A stretch of DNA of 63,418 bases, filler included, from Octopus bimaculoides (lineage: Eukaryota), in assembly GCF_001194135.2 (NCBI RefSeq). It is 4 parts of 4 records of this genome, joined end to end, with 100 filler letters (N's around TTAATTAATTAA, not from the genome) between each part and the next. Parts side by side here need not be neighbours in the genome. Positions count along the whole stretch, not along the records: positions 1 to 22,214 come from NC_068998.1; 3 more parts are not named here. One strand, given 5' to 3'. The position numbers and the translations under genes were made by a program. The notes under the pieces are model-generated. The model saw nothing but the letters and a program-made list of their open reading frames with translations, searched no databases and had not been told where the DNA came from. Below, piece after piece: positions 1-11,739 of the stretch (within the stretch, counting starts at the first letter, position 1; each line of letters starts with the position of its first letter).

Positions 1-636
1 AGCTATAGCGTTTTAAGCAAGAGTTCTCGCGAAAATACTACGTTAAAAAAGAACGTTAAAATAGAGAATAGAATACGAAAGCATGAATGAAATAATAATA
101 CTTAAATAAATGAATGAAAAATTTAAAATTTATATAACTAACAACATAAAAAGAACAAAAAACTATAGTTATCTTATAAAACATATTAATAAATATTAAA
201 TTCTAATATATAATAAATAATAAAAAGATAAATGAATTAGAAATGAATTACAACCCTTACACCCCTATGACCCCACTATGCTCCAAGCGATTCTTAGAAG
301 TTGTAGTCTATTCTTAGCTACAATATCGACAACCTGAATTTCTTTCATTTTCTTGCTCTATTAAAATATTTAAGAAAAATTAAATTAATGTGTCCTACTT
401 GTTAAAATTTCATTTATTTATCTGTGGAGCTGAAGATAGCACTGAATTTAAATTGGTGTAATGATCGCATTGTTCAATTAAATGGAATCGCTTGAAACGG
501 TCGTACTGCGTTACTACTTGATATCTTGTTTATTTTGACTTTATTCACCTTACTTCGAGGTATGTTGATAATAGAAGACTAACTTGGTACTTCAACTTAA
601 GTACCGAATTCAGCTGAATCTAAATTATTTCTTTTA

Positions 637-707
637 TGTGTGTATATATATATATATACATACACATACACACACATACACACACACACACATATATATA
701 TATACAT

Positions 708-738
<31 letters not shown>

Positions 739-745
739 CACATAT
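637..745. repeat. (TA)n/(CA)n compound microsatellite, representative of dozens in the window
   Basis: Dinucleotide runs visible directly; they explain the YI/HT/VC-rich spurious ORFs. Confidence 0.97.
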
Positions 746-894
746 ATATTTAAGGGTAAAATCATATTACTGATAATATCAATTGGTCTGCATGAGATAA
801 TACCTTGTGGGTAAATTATATAATTATATATATATATATACATTTATATATATACACATGTATATGTATATATATATATATATGTATAATATAT

Positions 895-1102
895 TCTTTT
901 ACTTGTTTCACTCATTTTGACTGTGACCATGCTGGAGCTCTGCCATTTTAGTCGAGGAAATAGACCCCTGGATTCATTCTTTGTAAGCCTGGTATTTCTT
1001 CTATCGGTTACTTTTGCTGAACCGCTAAGATACGGGGACATAAACGCCACAACATCGGTTGTCAAGTGATTGTGGGAGGATAATCACAGACACAAACACA
1101 CA

Positions 1103-1105
<3 letters not shown>
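895..1105 (-). mobile_element. SINE family A, 3' half
   Basis: Reverse complement matches the 3' half of the full copy at 39995-40466 (tail ...CAGTCAAAATGAGTGAAACAAGTAAAAGA). Confidence 0.9.
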
Positions 1106-1160
<55 letters not shown>

Positions 1161-1804
1161 CACTCATATACACTCACACACATATGTAAGCATGCATGTA
1201 TGAGTGAATGTATACACACGCACACATATATACCTGTCTGCACGAATGTGCGTATGTGTGTGTGTGTATGTGTGTGTGTGTGAGTGAATGCATGTGTATG
1301 AGTGTGTATGTGGGTGTGTGTGCATGGGTGCATGAACTTAAAGTCTTATAAAAATTTGTTTATATTAATACAAAGTAGGCTTAGTGAAAACTGTTCTGAC
1401 TTCACATTTATTTGCTTGAATACTGAGCAAACATCGGTATTTGGTTTTGCCAGAATTTCTCGAACGCAGAGAACAGCGTGTGAAAAATATGGTGATAGCA
1501 GAGAATGACACCGGAAGCCATTTCCACACAGCTTGAGATAGTTTCATATAACGCTCAGTTTCAAACAAATTAAGACACTTTTTTTAAAATAAACAAAACA
1601 CTCTGATTAACTGTTTGACTACGAGCTTATCGCTTTCTGATGAAGTGTATATTGAATATTGGAAAGATCACTGATATTATATTTGATTGAGTGTGATCAG
1701 GCATTTTGTGGATATGACTATTATAGTGATCTCTTGAACAGTGTAACTTCATTTTAGAGTCGCAACTTAATGTTGTTGTTGTCTGTTCCTTCTCGAGACA
1801 TGCG

Positions 1805-2072
1805 TGGCTCATAAGGGCTGGTTTCCTGGTTTCATTGGCGTATTTGTTCCCCACCTGGACGGGATGTCGATCCGTCTCAAGTGAGCTGCTAGATGCAGGA
1901 GGAAAGAGTGAGAGAAAGTTGTGGCGAAAGTGTCAGCAGAAGTTTACCATTACCTTCTGCCGGAGCCGCGTGGAGCTTAGGTGTTTCGCTCATAAACACA
2001 CACATCGCCCGGTCTGAGATTCGAGCCCTCGATCCCGAATCCGCTGCTCTAACCACTAGGCCATGTGCCTCC
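1805..2072 (-). mobile_element. SINE with family B head/body and family C type tail (chimera)
   Basis: Head and AAGCTCCACG body match 34946-35100; the distal part matches ATAAGGGTCAGTTTCCC of the 57930-58190 copy. Confidence 0.8.
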
Positions 2073-2552
2073 TCTTGCAACTTAATACTCACGACTTATT
2101 CAGTAGCAATCACGAGGTTGACAGAATTACGATAAACTAGCAGTGCTCGTGGAAATATAACGGGAAAATACAAAATAATTATAATGAGCAGTAAAAGAAT
2201 AAATAAATAGATAAGACAAAACAGAAAGCAGAGAACAGTAAGGTTGTCACTTCTGTCTCAACCATGACTACAATCTATACAACAGAGAAACGACTACGGC
2301 CATTAACAGTGACCAAAACCACCACTCCGACTAGAAATATACCTCACTACTGTCACTATCAGTAATAAACAAAACTATTATAAAGTGTTGGAGCCAGTTT
2401 TTGAATGCTTAAAATTCACAAAAATGTTCTAGTCGAGCGTTAACTCATTGACGCAAGCACCACAACAAGCTGTCATGGAATATATAAATTATTCTTTCCC
2501 ACTGAGAAAATCGCTACAAAATCTAACGATACTTGCATGCAAAATGTATTCG

Positions 2553-2705
2553 TTCTATTATAGGTACAAGGCCTGAAATTTTGGGATAAGGAGTTAGTTG
2601 ATTACATCGACCACAGTGTTCAATGGTACTTATTTTATCAACCCCGAAAGAATGAAAAGCAAAGTAAAGACGGAAGAAATGCTAACGACTGCCAGCTCAA
2701 CGCCT
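2553..2705 (-). mobile_element. SINE family M, old internally deleted copy
   Basis: GTACTTATTTTATCAACCCCGAAAGAATGAAAAGCAAAGT and CTGCCAGCTC motifs shared with the other M copies. Confidence 0.8.
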
Positions 2706-2755
2706 TCTCTATGTATGCAATATGATATTGACATGCAATATGATATAAACATATA

Positions 2756-2975
2756 AAGCGGCAAGCTGTCAGAATTGTTAGCACGCCAGTCAAAATGCTA
2801 AGCGGCATTTCGTCCATCATTACGTTCTGAGATCAAATTCTTCCGAGGTCGACTTTGGCTTTCATCCCTTTTGGGGGTCGATAAAATAAGTACGAGTTGA
2901 GCACTGGAATCAATGCAATCGATAGCACCCTTTCCCCCAAAATTTCTGGCGTTGAGCCAGCAAGGTTGAAGTCAT
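2756..2975 (+). mobile_element. SINE family M, old-tail copy
   Basis: GCGGCAAGCTGTCAGAA head, GATCAAATTC B-box-like motif, GGGGTCGATAAAATAAGTAC core. Confidence 0.85.
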
Positions 2976-3515
2976 TATGATATTAACATATTGTAGCTCA
3001 TATTGTTTCAATTTGAATGTCGGCTAAATTTTTTTAAGGAATTTAACAACGTAGAACTTAAATAAAATTATTAAAAAAAGTTTATTTAATTATTTTTATT
3101 ACACTTTAATGTGAGTATGTTCAAAGTCAAGTAAGTGATTATTTATTAAAGTGTAATCAGGTCTTAAGTCAAGTAAATAATTATGGCTCTTTAATATTCT
3201 GACATATCAAACTCGAAAATCATTGATGCATTACTCATATTTTTATTTGCTTAAAACTTTACGAATAACAAAAAGAAAAATATAAAAAATATAATGTTGA
3301 TAGGAATGGTAGTGGTGATGATAGAAACACTACCACCAACGTAACCAACACAACCACTTTTCTCACCCCGCCCGCCTTATTTCCTTATTTACGATTACCA
3401 TCATTAGTGTCATCGGAATTACCACTATCATCGATACCAACAGTCTCTTCAGGTTTCATTCCTCAGCGTGACAAATTCCTAACGTTAAAAACACACCGAA
3501 ATTAATATAGTTTCT

Positions 3516-4140
3516 AGGGTGGTGAGCAGGAATAATCGTTAGCACGCCGGTCAGAATGCTTACTGGCATTTCGTCCGTCTTTATGTTCTCAGTTCAAATT
3601 CTTATTTCTTCATTGCCCACAAGGGGCTAAACATAGAGGAGACAAACATGGACAGACAAAGGGATTAAGTCGATTACATCGACCCAGTGCATAACTGGTA
3701 CTTAATTTATTGACCCCGAAAGGATGAAAGGCAAAGTCGACCTCGGCGGAATTTGAACTCAGAACGTAACGGCAGACGAAATACCGCTAAGCATTTCGCC
3801 CGGCGTGCTAACGTTTCTGCCATCCCGCCGCCTTTCTCAGTTCAAATTCTGCCAAGTTCAATTTTGCCTTTCGTCGATTCGGGGACGATAAAATAAGTAT
3901 CAGTTCAACACTGGGGTCAATGAAATCGNNNNNNNNNNNNNNNNNNNNNNNNNNNNNNNNNNNNNNNNNNNNNNNNNNNNNNNNNNNNNNNNNNNNNNNN
4001 NNNNNNNNNNNNNNNNNNNNNNNNNNNNNNNNNNNNNNNNNNNNNNNNNNNNNNNNNNNNNNNNNNNNNNNNNNNNNNNNNNNNNNNNNNGACTGGCACC
4101 AGCCATCAGCCCAACTTGCTGGCCTTGTGCCAAAATTAGA
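3516..4140 (+). mobile_element. Old SINE family M copy interrupted at its B box by a young copy (and by an N gap)
   Basis: 5' part 3516-3602 resumes at 3834; TTCTCAGTTCAAATTCT is duplicated at 3586-3602 and 3834-3850. Confidence 0.85.
3603..3833 (-). mobile_element. Young SINE family M copy (new tail) with 17-bp TSD
   Basis: Nearly identical to 13424-13658 and 17842-18073; flanked by a perfect 17-bp direct repeat. Confidence 0.95.
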
Positions 4141-4224
4141 AGCAGATATTAATATGGCTTTTAACATTTTCACATATATACACACGTGCACATATTGTAC
4201 ACACATATGTACACATACAGTATA

Positions 4225-4964
4225 CAGGGTGAGATGGGTAAATTATCGCATTTTATATTTTTGATTTCGCGCATTGTTTGTTTTTGAATTTGTCGACTAC
4301 ACAGTATAGTAGGGCCAGTTGGGCACTGTCTTTGAGAAAAACAGCACCATGACGCAATTCACTCTCCCAGAAATTTGGAAACGACATGCTGTACTGCTTG
4401 GCATTCGCACCGGAAGCTCCAATACAAACATTTTAGAGTGTTTGGGTGTCAATCTGAGGACATGTACCGAGATTGATAAAAATCAAACATCCTGTCAACA
4501 TAATGGTGTTTGGAGTGGTCACTAGTGATGGCGACGTTATGCTTTCATTCATCTTCCCACACGGCCTCACACTCAACACAGAAGCCTACATCAAGTGCCT
4601 GGAGGAGGTTATGCTGCTCCTGGTCAAAAGGGTGGCTACTGGAAGACCCCATGTTTGGCAATAGGACTCTGCACCATGCCACACAAGCAGGAGAACTCAG
4701 TCATGGCTATGAGGACAATCTCTGCGACCACATCACCCCTAACATCTGACCACCTAACTCCCCAGACTGCAACCCTCTTCCTTATTATGTATGGGAAAGT
4801 CGTCTGGAGGCCGTGGTTGAAGCCAATGGCGATTTTATTGAATAAATTTACTCTTTAGTATTTCAAGATAGTTTTATGTAATTTTGGTCAATATATCTGT
4901 TAAAATGCGATGTCTGTTATTTTCATTTTTGCGTAATTTAGACGAGTGTAATCACCGCACCCTG
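4225..4964 (+). mobile_element. Internally deleted Tc1/mariner element, DD37D (maT) type
   Basis: TA-CAGGGTG...CACCCTG-TA ends. Transposase remnants KHPVNIMVFGVVTSDGDV, WQ*DSAPCH and *PPNSPDCNPL(P)YYVW; after one frameshift is corrected, 37 residues separate the second Asp from the third catalytic position. Confidence 0.85.
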
Positions 4965-4985
4965 TATATGTATATATATATATAA

Positions 4986-5025
<40 letters not shown>

Positions 5026-5689
5026 NNNNNNNNNNNNNNNNNNNNNNNNNNNNNNNNNNNNNNNNNNNNNNNNNNNNNNNNNNNNNNNNNNNNNNNNNNN
5101 NNNNNNNNNNNNNNNNNNNNNNNNNNNNNNNNNNNNNNNNNNNNNNNNNNNNNNNNNNNNNNNNNNNNNNNNNNNNNNNNCACACACACAAGTACATACA
5201 TATAAACAAGCCCAAACTTTTCTGCAGAGAAACTTTTATAATTAGACGTTTATTACTCGAAATCTTTGGAACCTTGTAGCAACTCTACACAGAGAAAATC
5301 TTCAATAAAACCACGTATCCCCATACGAATGTAATCTTCAGATCATTATTAATTTCTTGGATGTATTTTTTTTTTTTTTCTTTGTTTGTCATTCTGAATA
5401 TTTCCTTTCATCTTTGCAACTATTTCACCTCTGAATATTGTCGACTATAACTTTGAACATAGATCACCGTTGATTTTCTTTAATTCTATTTATTAATAAC
5501 TGACAGCTTTATGCCCGCGATATTTATCAAAGGCAGGTATAAGTTACATTTTACGATTTTTCTCAGAAAATTAGATACACAACAAATATTCCACTTTTCT
5601 CTTTGTTTTTATCATGACATAAACATCATGTTGTGTTTGGTTACATATTTGTCAACTCAGAAATAAAATTTAGAGAAATGGATTTGTTT

Positions 5690-6540
5690 CTGTCTTACGT
5701 CAATACTTCTGCTGAATGCACCCAGTTACTGACATGCGTATTACTTCTAAATCTGTTCTGAAAGTAATTTCCAACCTCGCCACCGATACGACTTCTAGTC
5801 CTGAAAATATTCCTGTTGTTATTTTGCAAAAATATTTTTCTGAATTTTCTATTCTCTCAAAAATATTTAACAAATGCTTAACTGAATTTTCTTTTTCACC
5901 GAGCGGAAAAGCTGTTACACCTATTTAAAGAAAAAAAGACAAACGTTTTGTTTCTAATAACTATCACTCAATCGACACTCTTCCTATAGTTAGCAAGAGC
6001 TTTGAGTCCTTTATCTATCAACATTTTGTCTTGCATCGTGAATCACTGTTTGTTTATTATTATTAATTTTTTAATCATACGGTTTCTGCACTTCGACGGT
6101 ATAGCTGATCTCCTGATTGTGGTAAGCGAACGACTCTAGCGTGGTTTAAATTAGTGTTTAAGGCAAGTATTGTTGCCTTCCACATATCGAATGCATTTTA
6201 TAGGCTTTAGCTCGCGCTCTTTTCCATGAGCTTAAGCCGTATAGGATTTCTGTAATATAGTCCTTAGAATTTTTCCATCTTTTCTCGTTGTACGTAATGC
6301 AACATTAAAGTTCTCTTAAATGACAATCGTTCTTATACATACTTCATTTGCTCTGAGCTTCCTGAAGGTTTTATTTTTGCTCAGATTTTACTCTTAGTTT
6401 TCATTAAAGGTCCAGCTTCGTTAGACATTGTCCCGCTGGTTCTATCTGAAGACTATATTAGAGGTACACGTGTCACTGGAATAACCAGCTACTTATACAA
6501 TAATTCAAGGAGAATTTCATTCAACTGATCGAATAACTAA
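5690..6540 (+). mobile_element. Decayed CR1/Jockey-group LINE reverse transcriptase fragment
   Basis: PENIPVVILQK..ILSKIFNKCL..VTPI*K..NNYHSIDTLPIVSKSFES and IVAFHISNAF resemble GPD-IP...NYRPISLLP..SKVFE and LDISKAFD, with stops and frameshifts. Confidence 0.8.
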
Positions 6541-6620
6541 AAATTCATGATCAAAATCGTCGGACACCCATTTCTTGGATTACAAATATATATACATATC
6601 TCCATTTTCTGTTTTCCTTA

Positions 6621-6652
<32 letters not shown>

Positions 6653-7489
6653 NNNNNNNNNNNNNNNNNNNNNNNNNNNNNNNNNNNNNNNNNNNNNNNN
6701 NNNNNNNNNNNNNNNNNNNNNNNNNNNNNNNNNNNNNNNNNNNNNNNNNNNNNNNNNNNNNNNNNNNNNNNNNNNNNNNNNNNNNNNNNNNNNNNNNNNN
6801 NNNNNNNNNNNNNNNNNNNNNNNNNNNNNNNNNNNNNNATTACAAATGTATATGTATATAAACCTATAGATAAAAATGTATGAAATCAGCATTGTTAAAC
6901 GGTTAAGTATATTTCAAAATCATGAGATTTCAGGACAGTGGATGATATTTGGTTATTCATAACTGAACGAAATTATTTTAATTTCTTTTTGGACCTGAGA
7001 AAGCAGTAAATAGGCCAGTGGAAAACCTCTTCACAAAGATAACAAAGCGAAAACAAGAATTAACCAATGAAAACAGTGGATAATATAGAAAAACCGGATA
7101 TACTGATGAAATGAATCATTAAAGACAAAACAGACGAAGTATACAACAAAAGTGACAACATGATAATAATTAAGAGGATGCCTCTCTTACAACTAATATT
7201 TGTAAGTTATATAACGTAAACCATATCCGCACATCGAAGAAGAATTTTGCATTAATGTGCATAAAACTGATTTGAATTATTGATAAAAGCAGTCAGTTAC
7301 CGGATAGCTCGCAGTGCGTGAAACTGGAAACACAAGCGATAGGATTAAGTTTAAATTCATAACACATGAATATATATGTATATTGATACATATACATGTA
7401 CATGCACAGATATATGTGTGAGTGTGTATGTGTGCATGTGTGTGTGTACGTATGTATTTAAAATTATATGCATACACACAAACATATAT

Positions 7490-8995
7490 ATCATCATCAT
7501 CCTCCTCTTTATCATCATCGTCGTCGTTTAACGTCTGCTTTCCATGCTGGCATGGGTTGGATGGTTTGACTGAGTGCTGGCGAACCAGAAGGCTGCACCA
7601 GGCTTCAATCTGATCTGACAAAGTTTCTACAGCTGGATGCCCTTCCTAACACCAACCACTCCGTGAGTGTAGTGGGTGCTTTTTACGTACCACCGGCACG
7701 AGGGCCGGTCAGGCGGTACTGGTATCGACCACGTTCAAATGGTGCTTTTTTACGTGCCACCGGCACAAAAGCCAGTCAGGCAGCACTGGCAACAACCACG
7801 TTCGAATGGTATTTTTTACGTGCAACCGGCACGGGAGCCAGTCAGGCAGCACTGACAACGGCCACGTTCGAATGGTGTTTTTTACGTGCCACCGGCACAG
7901 GAGCCAGCCAGGCGACACTGGCAACGATCACGCTCGAATGGTGCTTTTAACGTGCCATTGGTACGGGTGCCAATCAGGCGGTACTGTCATCGGCCACGAC
8001 AACGATTTCACTTGCCTCAACAGGTCTTCGCAGGCGCAGTTTATTGTCCAATGATTGAAGGGTACTATTAAATGGACTGATTATGTTGCACTGGCTGGTT
8101 ATGCTGCACTAACTGGTTATACCCACTGGCTTGCCAGGTCCTCTCAAGCACAGCATATCTCCAAAGGTCTCGGTCACTTGTCATTGCCTCGGTGAGGCCC
8201 AGTGTTCGAAGGTCGTGCTTCACCACCTCAACCCAGGTCTTCCTGGGTCTACCTCTTCCACAGGTTTCCTCTGCTGCTAGGGTGTGACACTTTTTCACAC
8301 AGCTGTCCTCATCCATTCGCAACACATGACCATACCAGCGCAGTCGTCTCTCTTGCACACCACTTCTGATGCTTCTTAAGTCCAACTTTTCTCTCAGGGC
8401 GCTTACACTCTGTCGTGTATGCACATTGACATTACACATCCAGTGGATCATACTGGCTTCATTTCTTGCAAGCTTACGCATATCCTCAGCAGTCACGGCC
8501 CATGTTTCACTGCCACGTAGCATGGCTGTTCGCACACATGCGTCATACAGTCTACCTTTTACTCTGAGCGAGAGGCCTTTGTCACCAGTAGAGGTAGGAG
8601 CTCTCTGAACTTTGTCCAGGTTATTCTTATTCTAGCAGCTACACTTTCAGAGCATCCATCCCCTTTACTGACTTGGTCACCTAGGTAACGGAAGCTATCA
8701 ACTACTTGTAGTTTTCCCCTGGAATGTGACGGAAGCTGTTTTGCTCCTGAGCATTTGCCACACACAAAATCTATCTTTCCAGTTAGCCTTCCTTTGATAT
8801 TGCTACACCTCTTATGTGTCCATAGCTTACACTGGGTACATCTTATGGAGTTTCTACCTACGCCTTTTCTACAGAGCGAGCAGGACAATCTACCTGAAGG
8901 GATTCATGGTTTGTCTGCCTTCCTACTTATTAAGACTTTGGTTTTTGCTAGGTTGACTCTAAGGCCCTTCCATTCTAGACCCTGCTTCCATGTGG
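7490..8995 (-). mobile_element. 5'-truncated RTE/RTEX-like LINE: RT C-terminal region, 3' UTR with 66-bp array, (GAT)n tail
   Basis: GLRVNLAKTKVL, a PHD-like Cys/His insert, VVDSFRYLGD, MLRGSETWAV, RRLRWYGHVLRM, GRGRPRKTW, DRDLWR; one stop and one frameshift. Confidence 0.92.
7675..8000. repeat. 66-67 bp tandem array (4 full units + 1 partial) in the LINE 3' UTR
   Basis: Units start at 7675, 7741, 7808, 7874 and 7940 (GGTGCTTTTTACGTGCCACCGGCAC...). Confidence 0.93.
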
Positions 8996-9004
8996 TTGGT
9001 AAGC

Positions 9005-9220
9005 AAGCTATCTGTGTGTGTCTGTGCAGTCCTCCCTCCATCGCTTGACAACCGAAGTTAGTGTGTTTACGTCCTCGTAGCCTAGCAGTTCGGCAAAAGA
9101 AACCGACAGAATAAGTATTAGGCTTACAAAGAATAAGTCTTGGGCTCGATTTGTTCGACTAAAGGCGGTGCTTCAGCATCGCCGCAGTCAAATAACTGAA
9201 ACAAGTAAAAGAATAAAAGA
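9005..9220 (+). mobile_element. SINE family A, 3' half
   Basis: Matches 40255-40460; tail GAAACAAGTAAAAGAATAAAAGA. Confidence 0.9.
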
Positions 9221-10680
9221 NNNNNNNNNNNNNNNNNNNNNNNNNNNNNNNNNNNNNNNNNNNNNNNNNNNNNNNNNNNNNNNNNNNNNNNNNNNNNNNN
9301 NNNNNNNNNNNNNNNNNNNNNNNNNNNNNNNNNNNNNNNNNNNNNNNNNNNNNNNNNNNNNNNNNNNNNNNNNNNNNNNNNNNNNNNNNNNNNNNNNNNN
9401 NNNNNNNNNNNNNNNNNNNNNNNNNNNNNNNNNNNNNNNNNNNNNNNNNNNNNNNNNNNNNNNNNNNNNNNNNNNNNNNNNNNNNNNNNNNNNNNNNNNN
9501 NNNNNNNNNNNNNNNNNNNNNNNNNNNNNNNNNNNNNNNNNNNNNNNNNNNNNNNNNNNNNNNNNNNNNNNNNNNNNNNNNNNNNNNNNNNNNNNNNNNN
9601 NNNNNNNNNNNNNNNNNNNNNNNNNNNNNNNNNNNNNGCTTTCTCCAAAAGAGAACTGCAATAATAATGTAGGCTAACATAAGGAACGATCATGATGTTA
9701 CTAACTGCGTGCTACTCATGTTTAAGGAGCAGGAACTAAGGTTTATGATTAAAGATCTAAACTCTGAAATCTTTTTTCACTACAGAATAACTATTCGTTA
9801 TACATCGTCGATGCTTTTTGAGCAACCTTTAGAAATTGTCAGTTACAATGAAAAGTTGTTTTCTGAATTTAAAACAATAAATCTCTTAGCAAAAAAGGCT
9901 TTTTTCCGCCAATTTGTTTTTGCTCTGTCATATCATATAAACAAAAGGAGAAAATCTGGTTAAAGCAAGCGTAGCTTCCGTTGTTATATTAGATGTCTGA
10001 AATTATTTTAATATTCTTGTTTTGATTCAAGTGTTGTTTTACTGTGTTGTCTGACGAGACAATGCTTTTCTGATCTTTCAATTTTTATTCTTCTTCTTCC
10101 AAAACGCCTTTTGTTTCTGTTTCAAACGGATGTATTCATTTGTTGACACCGTTTATACCTCTTACTGGCAATGTCTTGTCCATATTTTGGCAGGAGAAAA
10201 TAACAAGAAGAAATCACAAAGACGTTTGATTCTCTCTTTACCATACGTAGGAGGAGAAACAACTGTTAAATGGGAATCTGAAAGAGAATTATTTAGTATT
10301 TTCAGGAACGTGATATAACCTTATGCAAAGACCAAATTTCTGATGGTTTAACATCGGCGACGACGACGACGCCGAGACGACAGCAACAACAACAACAACA
10401 AAAATAATCATATATACTCAGGCCTATTCCCCATTTTTTAGGAGAGGGTAGCCACTGCAAGACTCTCACTAGGGATTCCATTCATTTCCCAGCTCAAAGG
10501 GGTGAGCCCCGTTCTATGCTCGGGTCAAGGGATAGAATGCAAACCCCAATATAAGCAGCAGAGCCCGACAGCATGTGGTGGTTTACCCCTGCCGCACCAT
10601 GCAGGTTCCGTACCCCTTTGAGCAACATCAAAATTCACTCATCCGTCCACAAACACTCTCCAAGCATTTTGTATGTTGTA

Positions 10681-10884
<204 letters not shown>

Positions 10885-10887
<3 letters not shown>

Positions 10888-11400
10888 AGTGAGAGAGAAT
10901 ACATGCCATCAATGTGACGCTGGGGTACAAATATACGAAGCCCAACATACCCATCATGACTACCCGTCTGATAATGGTACACCAGGCACATGCATCACAA
11001 CAATATGTGTCTGATATGGTGACCATATATCAAGATAAACAGCGCATGACCTTGCAGGTGAGGCCCAGTTAGAATTTTCTTCAGGTTAAGCAGCCTATCC
11101 CATTCAAAAGTTCCCTGAATAAGGGTTGTTTAAAGGTGATGAATGAAACACCCATGTTTCCAGAAGTGTATTATTCAAACCCCAAAGAATTCCTCTCAAC
11201 ACATGATGCTCCCCCATCTACTTATGTTCGTGATCAGAAATGCACATATTGTCAGCCACTAAGGTCAAGCAACTGATAGGAAAATCTGTGGTATTGAGTA
11301 GAAAATTTGCTGTAGCCCATCTTTTATACCAAGACAAAACATGTACATGATAACACTTCCAATCAGTTAAGATTGCAACAAAACCACGGCCATCCTGACC
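10885..11400 (-). mobile_element. Unclassified interspersed repeat U with (AAT)n 3' tail
   Basis: Colinear with 44150-44735 over ~500 bp; a fragment also lies at 20130-20285. Confidence 0.85.
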
Positions 11401-11739
11401 ACTGAAGCAAGTACCCTCTACTCGTCTTCACCCTTCCACTTAATTTACAGGCGTATGCTATCAGCAGGCCCGTTCACTCGGATCATTCTTGCTACTCTCA
11501 CCCACCTTCCAAAACAATTTACAAGAAGGCAGCATTTCCTTCTCCACTCGTATTTTCCTTTTNNNNNNNNNNNNNNNNNNNNNNNNNNNNNNNNNNNNNN
11601 NNNNNNNNNNNNNNNNNNNNNNNNNNNNNNNNNNNNNNNNNNNNNNNNNNNNNNNNNNNNNNNNNNNNNNNNNNNNNNNNNNNNNNNNNNNCAGTAGACA
11701 GATAGTCACTGCCTGTCCTTCTGGCCAAAGGAAGGCAGC

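Noticed and set aside
7675-8000. CRISPR-like appearance of the 66-bp array
   Set aside because: The whole unit is repeated, there are no unique spacers or cas genes, and it lies in a eukaryotic LINE 3' UTR.
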